DNA of 64,000 nucleotides. It comes from Elusimicrobiota bacterium (GTDB lineage Bacteria; Elusimicrobiota; Elusimicrobia; UBA1565). A model generated the notes under the pieces. It was not told where the DNA came from and ran no database searches. It saw only the letters and a list, made by a program, of their open reading frames with translations. The stretch covers positions 10,645 to 74,644 of the forward strand of contig JACPXC010000039.1 in the NCBI GenBank assembly GCA_016196755.1, in the 5' to 3' direction. Positions 16,687 to 24,288 of the stretch are shown in pieces (the stretch's first letter is position 1; each line of letters starts with the position of its first letter). The position numbers were made by a program, and so were the translations under genes.

Positions 16687-16764
16687 TGGTGTCAGTCTTT
16701 CGGATGTTTCGGAAGTTTGCAAAAAACTCAGCGAACTTCCGAAACATCCGAAAGACTGACACCA
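16687..16764. repeat. 31-bp perfect inverted repeat (hairpin with 16-nt loop) between a secreted-protein gene and ppiC
   Basis: Arm GGTGTCAGTCTTTCGGATGTTTCGGAAGTT (16688-16717) is the exact reverse complement of 16734-16763. The pair 16687/16764 also matches. Loop TGCAAAAAACTCAGCG. Confidence 0.9.
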
Positions 16765-16769
16765 GAAGC

Positions 16770-17309
16770 TTACAACAGTTTGAAGGAACGGAGGAACGCC
16801 TGCCAGGCCTTCTCCCCCTTGCCCGAGGGGTCGGGCAGGGGGTTCTCGTCGCGGTAGCTCAGGACGAAGAAGCGGCCTTTCACCGGCACCAGGAGGAAGC
16901 GTTCCTCGGATAGCGCCGGGGAGCCGCCCGGAGCATGCGGGTCGCCGTCGAGCGAAGGAACCCCGCGCTTATACATGGGGTAGGCCTTGCCGGAGATTCT
17001 CGTCCGTCCTATCCCCTCAGGGGGGCGGCCCATCGTCGAAGCGGCCGGCGAAGCGAGGAAGGCGTCGGGGACGGAGTATTCCGAGCCCTTCCCGCCGAAG
17101 AGCCGCACCGAGATCAGAACGCCCGCCCGGGTCAGCTCCAGCGCCGCGTCCTGCCCTTTGGCCCGGCGCTCGACGGTCCAGCCGGCGGGAGCCTTATAGC
17201 CGGCCAAGGCCTCGATCGCGCCCTTCTTCTCTTTCACGGCAGGCTCCTTGGCCTCCAGGCCCGAGGCCAGGAGCAAGAGCGCGGCGGCGGCCAGGCGCGC
17301 CGCGCTCAT
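16770..17309 (-). CDS. Small secreted hypothetical protein
   Basis: C-terminal part of track ORF 16770-18842, trimmed to ATG 17309-17307 (MSAARLAAAALLLLASGLEA is signal-peptide-like). ATGA overlap with the upstream gene stop. Confidence 0.6.
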   Translation of the reverse strand: MSAARLAAAALLLLASGLEAKEPAVKEKKGAIEALAGYKAPAGWTVERRAKGQDAALELTRAGVLISVRLFGGKGSEYSVPDAFLASPAASTMGRPPEGIGRTRISGKAYPMYKRGVPSLDGDPHAPGGSPALSEERFLLVPVKGRFFVLSYRDENPLPDPSGKGEKAWQAFLRSFKLL

Positions 17310-18898
17310 GGCCAGTGCCCCGGGTTCTCGCGGCGGTCCTTGTTGTACATGGCGGAAAGCTCCGCGCGGGAGACTTGTCCGGGCGCCGGCGGGGCGAAGG
17401 ACTCGCCGCGCGGCTTGCCCCGGGTGAGCTCGGCCAGGCGCCGCCGGCGCTCCGCCAGCTCGCGCTCGGCGTCCCCGAAGAACGGCCTGGCGGCATCCGC
17501 CGCCATGCGCTTGAGGACCGCCTTTCCCGCGTCCGTCCCATAATAGTCGACGTAGCTCTGGACGTAGGTGGAGATGTTCCCCAGCGTCGTCTCGCGCGCC
17601 GGCGCGGTGACCGATACGTAGTTGCCGATGTCCTGCCGGATCGAGGCGAACGACTCCGCCTTGAGTCCGTGGCTCTTGACGAAATGGTCGATGATGGGCA
17701 GCCAGGACTTCTGCGCCGCTACCTGCTCGGGAACCTGCGCCTTGGCGGCGTCGGCGGCCGCGCGGCGGTCGCGCAGGACCGGCAGCGGGTCGGCCAGCTC
17801 GGAGACGCTGAAGGTGGCCGCGTAGTACGGCAGGTTGGTCTTGAGCCCCCGGTGGTAGGCCTCCGGGTCGGCGAGATAGTTCCACATGTGCCCGTTGGTC
17901 AGCTTGACCCCGCGCTCGGCGTCGACCAGCCAGCCGACCAGGCCCGCCCCGGCCTCGTTGTCGCGGTAGGAGAGGTAGGTATCGTGCACCCCGGCCTTCT
18001 TGGCCTCGAGGGCCCCCAGGCCGTGCCCGAGCAGCTCGTGGCCCAGGGTACCCGGGAGATAGGAGGCGCGAAAATCCGCGTCGGTGCCGAGGTAGTCGCG
18101 GTTGAGGCGGACGTGGACCATCTCCCCCGAGGAGTCGGTGCTCCCCCCCGAGGACTCGATGATCTTCTTGCCGTTGACGTCGATTACCTTGGAATTGGCC
18201 ACCGGCTCGAAGGAGACGCGGACCTTCTTGCCGGTCTTGATGAGGCGCTCGGCCAAAGCCTGGGCCGTCGGGCTCTCCAGCATGCGCGCGATGGCAAGGT
18301 CGAGCTCGGCCCGCTCGTTCGGATTGCCGTGGTCGATGAGCTCGAGCTGGGGCTTTAAACGGTCGATGAGGGCGGGCTCGGCGGGCTTGAGCCCCGCGGG
18401 CGGCTTCCCCCCCGGTCCGCGGCCCGTACGCGGCTCGGGCTGGGGGACGCGCCCGAGGCGCGTCGGGTTGAGCAAGGCCAGGAACTCGCGGTCCCGCTCG
18501 GCCAGCATCGGGCCGCGTTCCCAGAACAAGGTCAGCGCCAGGTCGCGGTCGGCCTGGGTCAGCGTCCCGTCCTTCTCTTTTTCGCGCAGGGCGGCTACGA
18601 CCTTCTCGCCATGGGCCCGGAAGAGCAGGTGGGCGCCCTCGTTGCTGAGCAGGTGGCCCGGCTCGGTCGGGGCGAGCGTGGAATCGGATAGATGGTCGGC
18701 GGCCAGGCGATAGCGGCCGCCCTCGTATTCGGCCAGGAAGGCCTTCTCGGATTCGAGGACCCCCGGAGGCACACGCGCGTCGAACGGGGCGTCCGGGACG
18801 GGGTTCTCGGGGACAGGAGCCGCGGGGTCGCAGAAGAGGCACGCGCGCGCCGCCGGTCCGAGGAAGGCCAGCGCCAAAGCCAACGCTAATCGGGGCAT
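17306..18898 (-). CDS. Secreted or lipoprotein-like hypothetical protein with HELLGH motif
   Basis: Track ORF 17306-18940 trimmed to ATG 18898 (MPRLALALALAFLGPAARAC). Coding-like composition throughout. The motif GTLGHELLGHGLG is HExxxH, not a canonical zincin HExxH. Confidence 0.6.
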   Translation of the reverse strand: MPRLALALALAFLGPAARACLFCDPAAPVPENPVPDAPFDARVPPGVLESEKAFLAEYEGGRYRLAADHLSDSTLAPTEPGHLLSNEGAHLLFRAHGEKVVAALREKEKDGTLTQADRDLALTLFWERGPMLAERDREFLALLNPTRLGRVPQPEPRTGRGPGGKPPAGLKPAEPALIDRLKPQLELIDHGNPNERAELDLAIARMLESPTAQALAERLIKTGKKVRVSFEPVANSKVIDVNGKKIIESSGGSTDSSGEMVHVRLNRDYLGTDADFRASYLPGTLGHELLGHGLGALEAKKAGVHDTYLSYRDNEAGAGLVGWLVDAERGVKLTNGHMWNYLADPEAYHRGLKTNLPYYAATFSVSELADPLPVLRDRRAAADAAKAQVPEQVAAQKSWLPIIDHFVKSHGLKAESFASIRQDIGNYVSVTAPARETTLGNISTYVQSYVDYYGTDAGKAVLKRMAADAARPFFGDAERELAERRRRLAELTRGKPRGESFAPPAPGQVSRAELSAMYNKDRRENPGHWP

Positions 18899-18976
18899 CA
18901 CCCTAAGGATAGGCGCGGACCTGGATTCGTCAGGGGTCAAGAGACCTAGTAGACCCGGACCGGAAGGACTACGGAC

Positions 18977-20863
18977 CTAAAGCCTTATCTGCCGCCCGAT
19001 CTCGATGACCTGGTTGTCGGGAAGCCGGAAGTACTCGGTGGGGCGCAGGGCGTTGCGATAGAGGAAGGAGAACAGGCTCAGCCTCCACGGCGACAAGCGG
19101 CCGCGGTGTGTGGTCACCAGGGTGTTGTCGCTGAGGATGAAGGTGAGGCGCGTCGGGCTGGAGGCCAGCTTGAAGCCGCCGGCCGCCAGCTTGGCGACCA
19201 CGGCCGGGATATCGGGGTCTTCCATGAAGCCGTAGCGGGCCACCACCTGATGGAAGTCCGGCCCTACCGTCTCCACGCTGAGACGCCGCGACTCCACGAC
19301 GCGCGGGACGTCCTCGGTGAGGACCGTGATGAAGATATTCTGCTGGTGCAGCACCTTGTTGTGTTTTAGGTTGTGAAGCAGGGCGCTGGGCGTGGTGGCG
19401 GCGGTGCCGCTTAAGAACACGGCGGTGCCCGGGACCCGGACGATACCGCCCTCGACGGCCTCCTGGACGAACTGGGCCAACGGAAGGAAGCCTTCCTGCT
19501 GCAGCACGCCCAGGATGTCGCGTCCTTTCTTCCAGGTCGTGAACACCAGCATCACGATGGCCGCGGCGGCCAGCGGGAACCAGCCTCCGTCGATCACCTT
19601 GACGCTGTTAGCGCCGAAGAAAGCCAGGTCGGCGGCCAGGAACGCGCCCGTCACCGCCAGCGCCGTGGGCAGCGACCAGTTCCAGACGTTCCGGGAGACG
19701 ATGAAGGCCAGCAAGGTGGTGATGATCATGGTCACCGAGATGGCGATGCCGTAGGCGGAAGCCAGGTTGGTCGACCGCTTGAAGCCGACCACCAGCGCCA
19801 CCGTGGCGGCCAGCAATATCCAGTTCACGGTCGGGATGTAGATCTGGCCGATCTCATGAGAGGAGGTGTGCTGGATGCGCGAGCGGGGCAGGAAGCCGAG
19901 TTGGACGGCCTGCCGCGTAAGGGAGAACACCCCCGAGATGACCGCCTGCGAGGCTATCACCGTGGCCATGGTCGCCATAAGGACGGCCGGATAAAGCGCC
20001 CATTCCGGGACCATCCGGTAAAACGGGTTGTTGGCGAGCTCGGGGTGCTGCAGCAGCAATGCCCCTTGTCCGAAGTAGTTCATCAGCAGGCCGGGCGCCG
20101 CGATGAAGAACCAGTCGATCTGGATGGCTTTCTCCGAGAAGTGCCCGAGGTCGGCGTAGAGCGCCTCGCCGCCCGTGGCCACGAGGAAGACGGCGCCGAG
20201 GACCAAGTACCCGTGGTAGCCGTTGCGGATCAAGAAATCCACGGCGTACATGGGATTGACGGCCGCCAGCACCGACGGCTCTTTAATGATCTGCGCTACT
20301 CCCGTGATCGCCAGGAACGCGAACCAGACGATGATGATGGGGCCGAAGACCAAGCCCACCTTGGTCGTCCCGTGAGCCTGGAAGAAGAACAACCCGATCA
20401 GGATAGCCACCGTGATAGGAATGATATAGGGAGTGAACAGGGGCGTGGCGATCTCCAGGCCTTCGACGGCGCTGAGCACAGAGATAGCGGGAGTCAGCAT
20501 GCCGTCGCCGTAGAGCAGCGCGGCGCCGAAGAGGCCGAACGCCAGGATGAACTTCTGCGTGGTCGGCCCTACGGCGGCGCCGCGAGCCAGCGCCATCATC
20601 GCCAGGATGCCGCCCTCGCCTTTGTTGTCGGCCCTCAGGACGTAGACGTGATATTTGAGCGTGACGAGGATGACCAAGGTCCATACGATCAAAGACAGGA
20701 CGCCAAGGACGTTGGCATGCGTGACCGGCACGCCGTGCGGGCCATGGAAGCATTCCCGGATCGCGTAGAGAGGGCTGGTGCCGATGTCGCCGTAGACGAC
20801 GCCCAGTGCGGTCAGGCAGAGCAGGGCCAGGCGGGAACGCGACGTCTTAGACTCCTCGGTCAC
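18977..20863 (-). CDS. kup: KUP/HAK/KT-family potassium uptake transporter
   Basis: LTALGVVYGDIGTSPLYA signature, ~12 hydrophobic segments, ~200-aa cytoplasmic tail. GTG start 20863-20861. Confidence 0.93.
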   Translation of the reverse strand: MTEESKTSRSRLALLCLTALGVVYGDIGTSPLYAIRECFHGPHGVPVTHANVLGVLSLIVWTLVILVTLKYHVYVLRADNKGEGGILAMMALARGAAVGPTTQKFILAFGLFGAALLYGDGMLTPAISVLSAVEGLEIATPLFTPYIIPITVAILIGLFFFQAHGTTKVGLVFGPIIIVWFAFLAITGVAQIIKEPSVLAAVNPMYAVDFLIRNGYHGYLVLGAVFLVATGGEALYADLGHFSEKAIQIDWFFIAAPGLLMNYFGQGALLLQHPELANNPFYRMVPEWALYPAVLMATMATVIASQAVISGVFSLTRQAVQLGFLPRSRIQHTSSHEIGQIYIPTVNWILLAATVALVVGFKRSTNLASAYGIAISVTMIITTLLAFIVSRNVWNWSLPTALAVTGAFLAADLAFFGANSVKVIDGGWFPLAAAAIVMLVFTTWKKGRDILGVLQQEGFLPLAQFVQEAVEGGIVRVPGTAVFLSGTAATTPSALLHNLKHNKVLHQQNIFITVLTEDVPRVVESRRLSVETVGPDFHQVVARYGFMEDPDIPAVVAKLAAGGFKLASSPTRLTFILSDNTLVTTHRGRLSPWRLSLFSFLYRNALRPTEYFRLPDNQVIEIGRQIRL

Positions 20864-20869
20864 CGGCCC

Positions 20870-20875
20870 ATTCTA
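20870..20875 (-). promoter_or_regulatory. -10-like TAGAAT placed 6 nt upstream of the kup GTG (possible leaderless start)
   Basis: Minus strand reads TAGAAT-GGGCCG-GTG. No good -35, because the upstream sequence is the terminator T-tract. Confidence 0.35.
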
Positions 20876-20891
20876 TCATGCCGAGGCCGTC

Positions 20892-20948
20892 TAAAAGGAA
20901 AGGTCGCCGGGGAGAGCGGGCGCCGAGTCCGGCCGCCCCGGCGACCTT
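20892..20948 (-). terminator. Hairpin plus T-tract between response-regulator gene and kup
   Basis: AGGTCGCCGGGG (20901-20912) pairs with CCCCGGCGACCT (20936-20947). On the minus strand the stem is followed by TCCTTTTAG. Confidence 0.55.
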
Positions 20949-20992
20949 GAGATAGCTTACCCGGGGACTCCCGCGGCTTCGACCGACGCACG

Positions 20993-21688
20993 TCAGGAGA
21001 TGTCAGCCCTGGCCACGAACTCGTAGCCGCCGGGCGTGGTCTTGAGGCGGAAGGCTTGGTCGCCCAGGTCCTCGCGCAGGCGGGAGATCGCCTTCTCGAG
21101 GGCGGCCGGCCCCGCCCGGCCGCGCCAGACCCGGGTCAAAAGCTCCTCCTTGGCCAACGGCCCGTCGGCCGAGGCCAAGGCGGCCAGGAGCTCGAAGCGG
21201 CTCGGCGGCAAGGTGGCGACGAGGCGGTCGTTGACGAGCACCGTCCTCAGGCGGGTGTCGAGGCGCATCTCCCCGGAGCGTATCTCGCGTCCGGGCGCGG
21301 ACTCCTTGGGCCGCGCCGCCAGACAGGCCTTCACGCGGCGCAGGAGCTCCGGGATGCGGAACGGCTTTTCGAGGTACTCGACGGCGCCGAGGGCCTTCAC
21401 GGTCTGCTCGAGGACCGAGCCCCTCTGCCCCCCGCCGAAGGCCGTCATGACCAGGACCGGCGTCCCCTTGAGCTCCGGGTGGCCGTGCAGGGCTTTGAGC
21501 ACTTCGGCCCCGCTCATCCCCGGCAGCATCAGGTCGAGGATGACCATGTCGGGCCGCGAGGTGAAGATCTTCTTGAAGCCCTCGTCGCCCGAAAAAGCGT
21601 AATGAACCTCGTGGCCTTCCAGGTTCAGGGCCACCGAGAGCACCTGCTGGATGGACGGGTCGTCCTCGATCGACAGGATGCGCGCCAT
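20993..21688 (-). CDS. OmpR-family response regulator (REC + winged helix)
   Basis: MARILSIEDDPSIQ...MVILDLMLPGMSG...YLEKPF receiver motifs. C-terminal trans-reg pattern (LVATLPPSRFELLAALA...GYEF). SD-like GGTGAGG 4 nt before the ATG. Confidence 0.9.
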   Translation of the reverse strand: MARILSIEDDPSIQQVLSVALNLEGHEVHYAFSGDEGFKKIFTSRPDMVILDLMLPGMSGAEVLKALHGHPELKGTPVLVMTAFGGGQRGSVLEQTVKALGAVEYLEKPFRIPELLRRVKACLAARPKESAPGREIRSGEMRLDTRLRTVLVNDRLVATLPPSRFELLAALASADGPLAKEELLTRVWRGRAGPAALEKAISRLREDLGDQAFRLKTTPGGYEFVARADIS

Positions 21689-21748
21689 TTGACCTCACCT
21701 GACCGTCCTGACAAGTGTGGCCTACAATCGCGACCTCGTCAAGGCCGT

Positions 21749-22183
21749 CTAGAGGGCGGCCAAGCCAAGCCCCACGGCCCGAGCGGCCTCATTGAGGCGT
21801 TCATCGAGCGAGGCGAACCGAACCCGCGCTTCGACATCGGCGGCCGCGCGAGCCGAAGCCAGCTGAAGGGCGTCCGCCGGCCGCAAGCCCAGCTCGGCGA
21901 CATGCCGGCGGGCGTCCGCGAGGATCTCATGGTCAGGCCAGAGCAGGGCAAGGGCTCCCTCCAGCTCTCGGACTTCGACGCGAAGCTTTGAAAGGGCGCC
22001 GCGGGCGAGGGAGCCTTCGGCGAGCCGGCGCGCGATAGCCGACTCCATCTCGATGAACGTGAAAAATGAGGTGTAGCCTGGGAGTCCCCCCTCCTGAAAG
22101 GCCAGATGCCTGACTTGGGAAGAACGCGCTTCCTGAAAAAGCATGGCCAAGAGCGCCGAAGTATCCCAGTAGGCGGGCTTCAT
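21749..22183 (-). CDS. vapC: PIN-domain toxin (VapC-like)
   Basis: MKPAYWDTSALLAMLFQE N-terminal acidic PIN motif. 4-nt overlap with the upstream antitoxin gene. Confidence 0.8.
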   Translation of the reverse strand: MKPAYWDTSALLAMLFQEARSSQVRHLAFQEGGLPGYTSFFTFIEMESAIARRLAEGSLARGALSKLRVEVRELEGALALLWPDHEILADARRHVAELGLRPADALQLASARAAADVEARVRFASLDERLNEAARAVGLGLAAL

Positions 22184-22428
22184 TCCTCGTCGCGGATGCG
22201 CCGCACGAGCTGGGCCGACGACAGCTTGGCCCTGCGCCCCAGACGAAGCGGCTTGGCTTCTCTAAGACGAGAGAGGTCGCCGGCCGGCAGAGGAGGGACG
22301 CGGGAGATCGGGACGATTCGCGCTACCGGCCGGTTATGATCGGTGACCACGACCTCGGCGCCCTTGGCGACCTCGGCGACGATCGAGGAAAGGCCGTCCT
22401 TGAGACGCGCGATGCTATAGACCTTCAT
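22180..22428 (-). CDS. Phd/YefM-type antitoxin
   Basis: MKVYSIARLKDGLSSIVAEVAKGAEVVVTDHNRPVARIVPI is the typical Phd/YefM N-terminus. Small gene immediately upstream of the PIN gene. Confidence 0.8.
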   Translation of the reverse strand: MKVYSIARLKDGLSSIVAEVAKGAEVVVTDHNRPVARIVPISRVPPLPAGDLSRLREAKPLRLGRRAKLSSAQLVRRIRDEE

Positions 22429-22434
22429 TCTTTT

Positions 22435-22463
22435 ATTATAGCCTCTATTATGGCTACTTTCAA
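22435..22463 (-). promoter_or_regulatory. Consensus-like sigma70 promoter of VapB-1, leaderless geometry
   Basis: Minus strand: TTGAAA (22463-22458), 17 nt, TATAAT (22440-22435), AAAAGA, ATG (22428). The spacer carries the inverted repeat TAGCC..GGCTA. Confidence 0.7.
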
Positions 22464-22478
22464 GGCCTAGAGACCGGC

Positions 22479-22931
22479 CTAAAGGCCGGCGGCTTTGAGC
22501 TGCTCGGGGGAGAGCCGGGCGAAGGACGCCTCGGCCTCGGCGTAGAAGCCGCCCCGGGAGTCGACTAGGCGGCTGGTGACGAAGACGAGCCGGCGGTGCT
22601 CGCGGACGATGTCGGTCTCGACGTGCAGGTTCACCGACAGCGGGACCGCGCGGCGGAAGGCGGCCGAGATGCGCGCCGTGAGGACCGGCCAGCCGCGCAC
22701 CCAGCAGGCCGCGCCCATAGCCTCGTCGAGGACGGTGAGGACCGCGCCTCCGTGCGCGCGCCTCGGAGCACCCTCGGCATGGGGCCCGAAGCGCACCTTG
22801 GCGATGAGCGGACCGTCCTTGCCGCGGCGCTGGTAGCGCAGCGCGATGCGTTCGGCCTCGAGGATGCCCCCCGTGAACGTGCGCTCGGCCTTGCTGTTCG
22901 GGAACGGGCTGACGTCGACTAAGTCGTTCAC
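22479..22931 (-). CDS. PaaI/YbgC-type hotdog thioesterase
   Basis: RRAHGGAVLTVLDEAMGAACW matches the PaaI-type HGG...D motif. 150 aa. Confidence 0.75.
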   Translation of the reverse strand: MNDLVDVSPFPNSKAERTFTGGILEAERIALRYQRRGKDGPLIAKVRFGPHAEGAPRRAHGGAVLTVLDEAMGAACWVRGWPVLTARISAAFRRAVPLSVNLHVETDIVREHRRLVFVTSRLVDSRGGFYAEAEASFARLSPEQLKAAGL

Positions 22932-22942
22932 GGGAGGCGTGA

Positions 22943-23398
22943 TTATAGCTTAGCGGGCGGCTCGCCGAGGGACGCGAGATCGGCCAAGTCCTTGGGACGA
23001 GCCGCCGCGCGCTTATTCTTGATGAGCGCGGCCTTGCCCATGTAGAAGACGGTCTGGTCCCCGAATGGGCCCTTCTGACGGCTAGCCCAGACCTCGTCCG
23101 GCGTCACCCCGTCGAGTTCCGTGAGCAGGTCGATGCGCATCGGCGGATAGCCCATCTGGATTATCTTGCCCGACAGGATATCCCGTTCCGTAAGCGAAAG
23201 GGCTTGAAAGCCGAATTCCTCGATGGCGCGGAGCAGCCTCTTGGCGTTCGGAGCCGTCGGCCTGACCCAGATGTCCACGTCGCCGGTGTAGCGCGGCGCG
23301 CCCAGGAAAGCCAAGGCATAGCCGCCCACGATCACGCTCTGCACGCCGTTTCGCTCGAGACAGGCGATGAAGTCCGCGAAATCCGGGTGGATCTTCAT
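22943..23398 (-). CDS. Minimal nucleotidyltransferase-fold protein (putative TA toxin partner)
   Basis: VIVGGYALAFLGAPRYTGDVDIWV fits the NTase G[GS]-x(9-13)-DxD motif. 4-nt overlap with the upstream AbiEi-like gene. Confidence 0.6.
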   Translation of the reverse strand: MKIHPDFADFIACLERNGVQSVIVGGYALAFLGAPRYTGDVDIWVRPTAPNAKRLLRAIEEFGFQALSLTERDILSGKIIQMGYPPMRIDLLTELDGVTPDEVWASRQKGPFGDQTVFYMGKAALIKNKRAAARPKDLADLASLGEPPAKL

Positions 23399-23904
23399 GC
23401 GCGGCGATCCCTCAGCACGATGGCGCGCGCGAGCCGCGGGAGGCTCTTGAAGCCCGACAACGCGTAGTATTGCTCGCGAAGGAACTCCACCGCGGCGACC
23501 CGGGCCGAGGGAGACTTCGCCAGCCAGTATTCGAGGTCGCCGCGCTCCTCCTCTTTAGACGTCACGCGCAGCGCCATGCGGTCTTTTGGGTAGGCCCGCA
23601 CGACCCGCAGATGAAACCGCCGCCCGTCCAAGATGAAATGCCCTGCACGCTTGCGGTTATAGACCAGCCCGCCGTCGGCGAGCAAGAAATCGTCGGTCTT
23701 GAGAAAGGCCCGCACCAGCTCCCGCGTCTCCGGGGAGGCCGACTTTGGGCGGCAATATAGACCGCGGGCGAGCTTACGGACTTCGCCCTCCTCAAGAAGA
23801 GTCTTGAGGTCTCGATCGACGGCCGTCGAAGCCCGCTCAAGGTCGAGACGACGGTAGACCCTGCCGAACTGCATGAAATCCCTGAGCTTCCAGGAGCTCC
23901 TCAC
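23395..23904 (-). CDS. AbiEi-like (type IV TA antitoxin / wHTH regulator) protein
   Basis: C-terminal part of track ORF 23395-24426. GRVYRRLDLERASTAVDRDLKTLLEEGEVRKLARGLYCRP resembles the AbiEi N-terminal wHTH (..G.l.rl.rGlY). Start GTG 23904-23902 sits 6 nt after TATAAT; ATG 23874 is an alternative. Confidence 0.6.
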   Translation of the reverse strand: MRSSWKLRDFMQFGRVYRRLDLERASTAVDRDLKTLLEEGEVRKLARGLYCRPKSASPETRELVRAFLKTDDFLLADGGLVYNRKRAGHFILDGRRFHLRVVRAYPKDRMALRVTSKEEERGDLEYWLAKSPSARVAAVEFLREQYYALSGFKSLPRLARAIVLRDRRA

Positions 23905-23910
23905 TCCGGC

Positions 23911-23961
23911 ATTATAGAATATTTCATGCACTTTGTCAATAATAATGAATCTTTCATGCAC
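23911..23961 (-). promoter_or_regulatory. Perfect-consensus promoter with two direct operator-like repeats
   Basis: Minus strand: TTGACA (23939-23934), 17 nt, TATAAT (23916-23911), GCCGGA, GTG. The 10-mer TTTCATGCAC occurs at 23922-23931 (inside the spacer) and at 23952-23961 (upstream of -35), 30 bp apart. Confidence 0.7.
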
Positions 23962-23985
23962 CCTTTTTACTAGAATGCTCCCAGA

Positions 23986-24288
23986 ATGAAACGGGAGCTC
24001 GCTAGGATCCGCGTCGGCATCGACGCCGTCGACAACGGCCTGGTGCGCCTGCTGGCGCGCCGGCGCGCCCTCGCCCTGCGCCTGGCCCGGGTCAAGGCCG
24101 GGCTCGACATGCCGATCTACGACCGCGTCCGTGAGGAGGCCCTGTTCAAGCGCGTGAAGGCCTGGGGCGCCGGCCGCGGCCTCGACGCCGAGTTCGTCGA
24201 GGTCCTCTTCCGCCTCATCGTCATGAACTCGAAGGAAGTCCAATATCATGAGAACCTCGGCCAGGGCGCGCGCCGCCGCCGGGTCTGA
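23986..24288 (+). CDS. AroQ-class chorismate mutase (monofunctional)
   Basis: MKRELARIRVGIDAVDNGLVRLLARRRALALRLARVK...PIYDRVREEAL is the typical CM_2 helix pattern. TAGAAT at 23971-23976, 9 nt before the ATG. Confidence 0.85.
   Translation: MKRELARIRVGIDAVDNGLVRLLARRRALALRLARVKAGLDMPIYDRVREEALFKRVKAWGAGRGLDAEFVEVLFRLIVMNSKEVQYHENLGQGARRRRV

Noticed and set aside
10676-18842. N-terminal extensions of track ORFs 10676-12256, 12465-13853, 13193-14941, 14320-15606 and 16770-18842 (and likewise 58761-60719, 61289-63028, 23395-24426, 27984-28964)
   Set aside because: The extensions overlap the preceding, well-supported gene and are compositionally aberrant. Internal ATG or GTG starts that overlap the upstream stop by 1-4 nt give proteins of normal family length.
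17306-18898. Calling the 530-aa secreted protein a zincin metalloprotease
   Set aside because: The motif is HELLGH (HExxxH), not HExxH, and there is no recognisable Met-turn or third ligand. I kept it only as a low-interest observation.
20864-20992. c-di-AMP (ydaO/kimA-type) riboswitch upstream of kup
   Set aside because: The ~130-nt spacer is explained by a terminator hairpin for the upstream regulator gene plus a -10 box next to the kup GTG. I could not recognise the conserved pseudo-two-fold ydaO core. A covariance-model search would be decisive.
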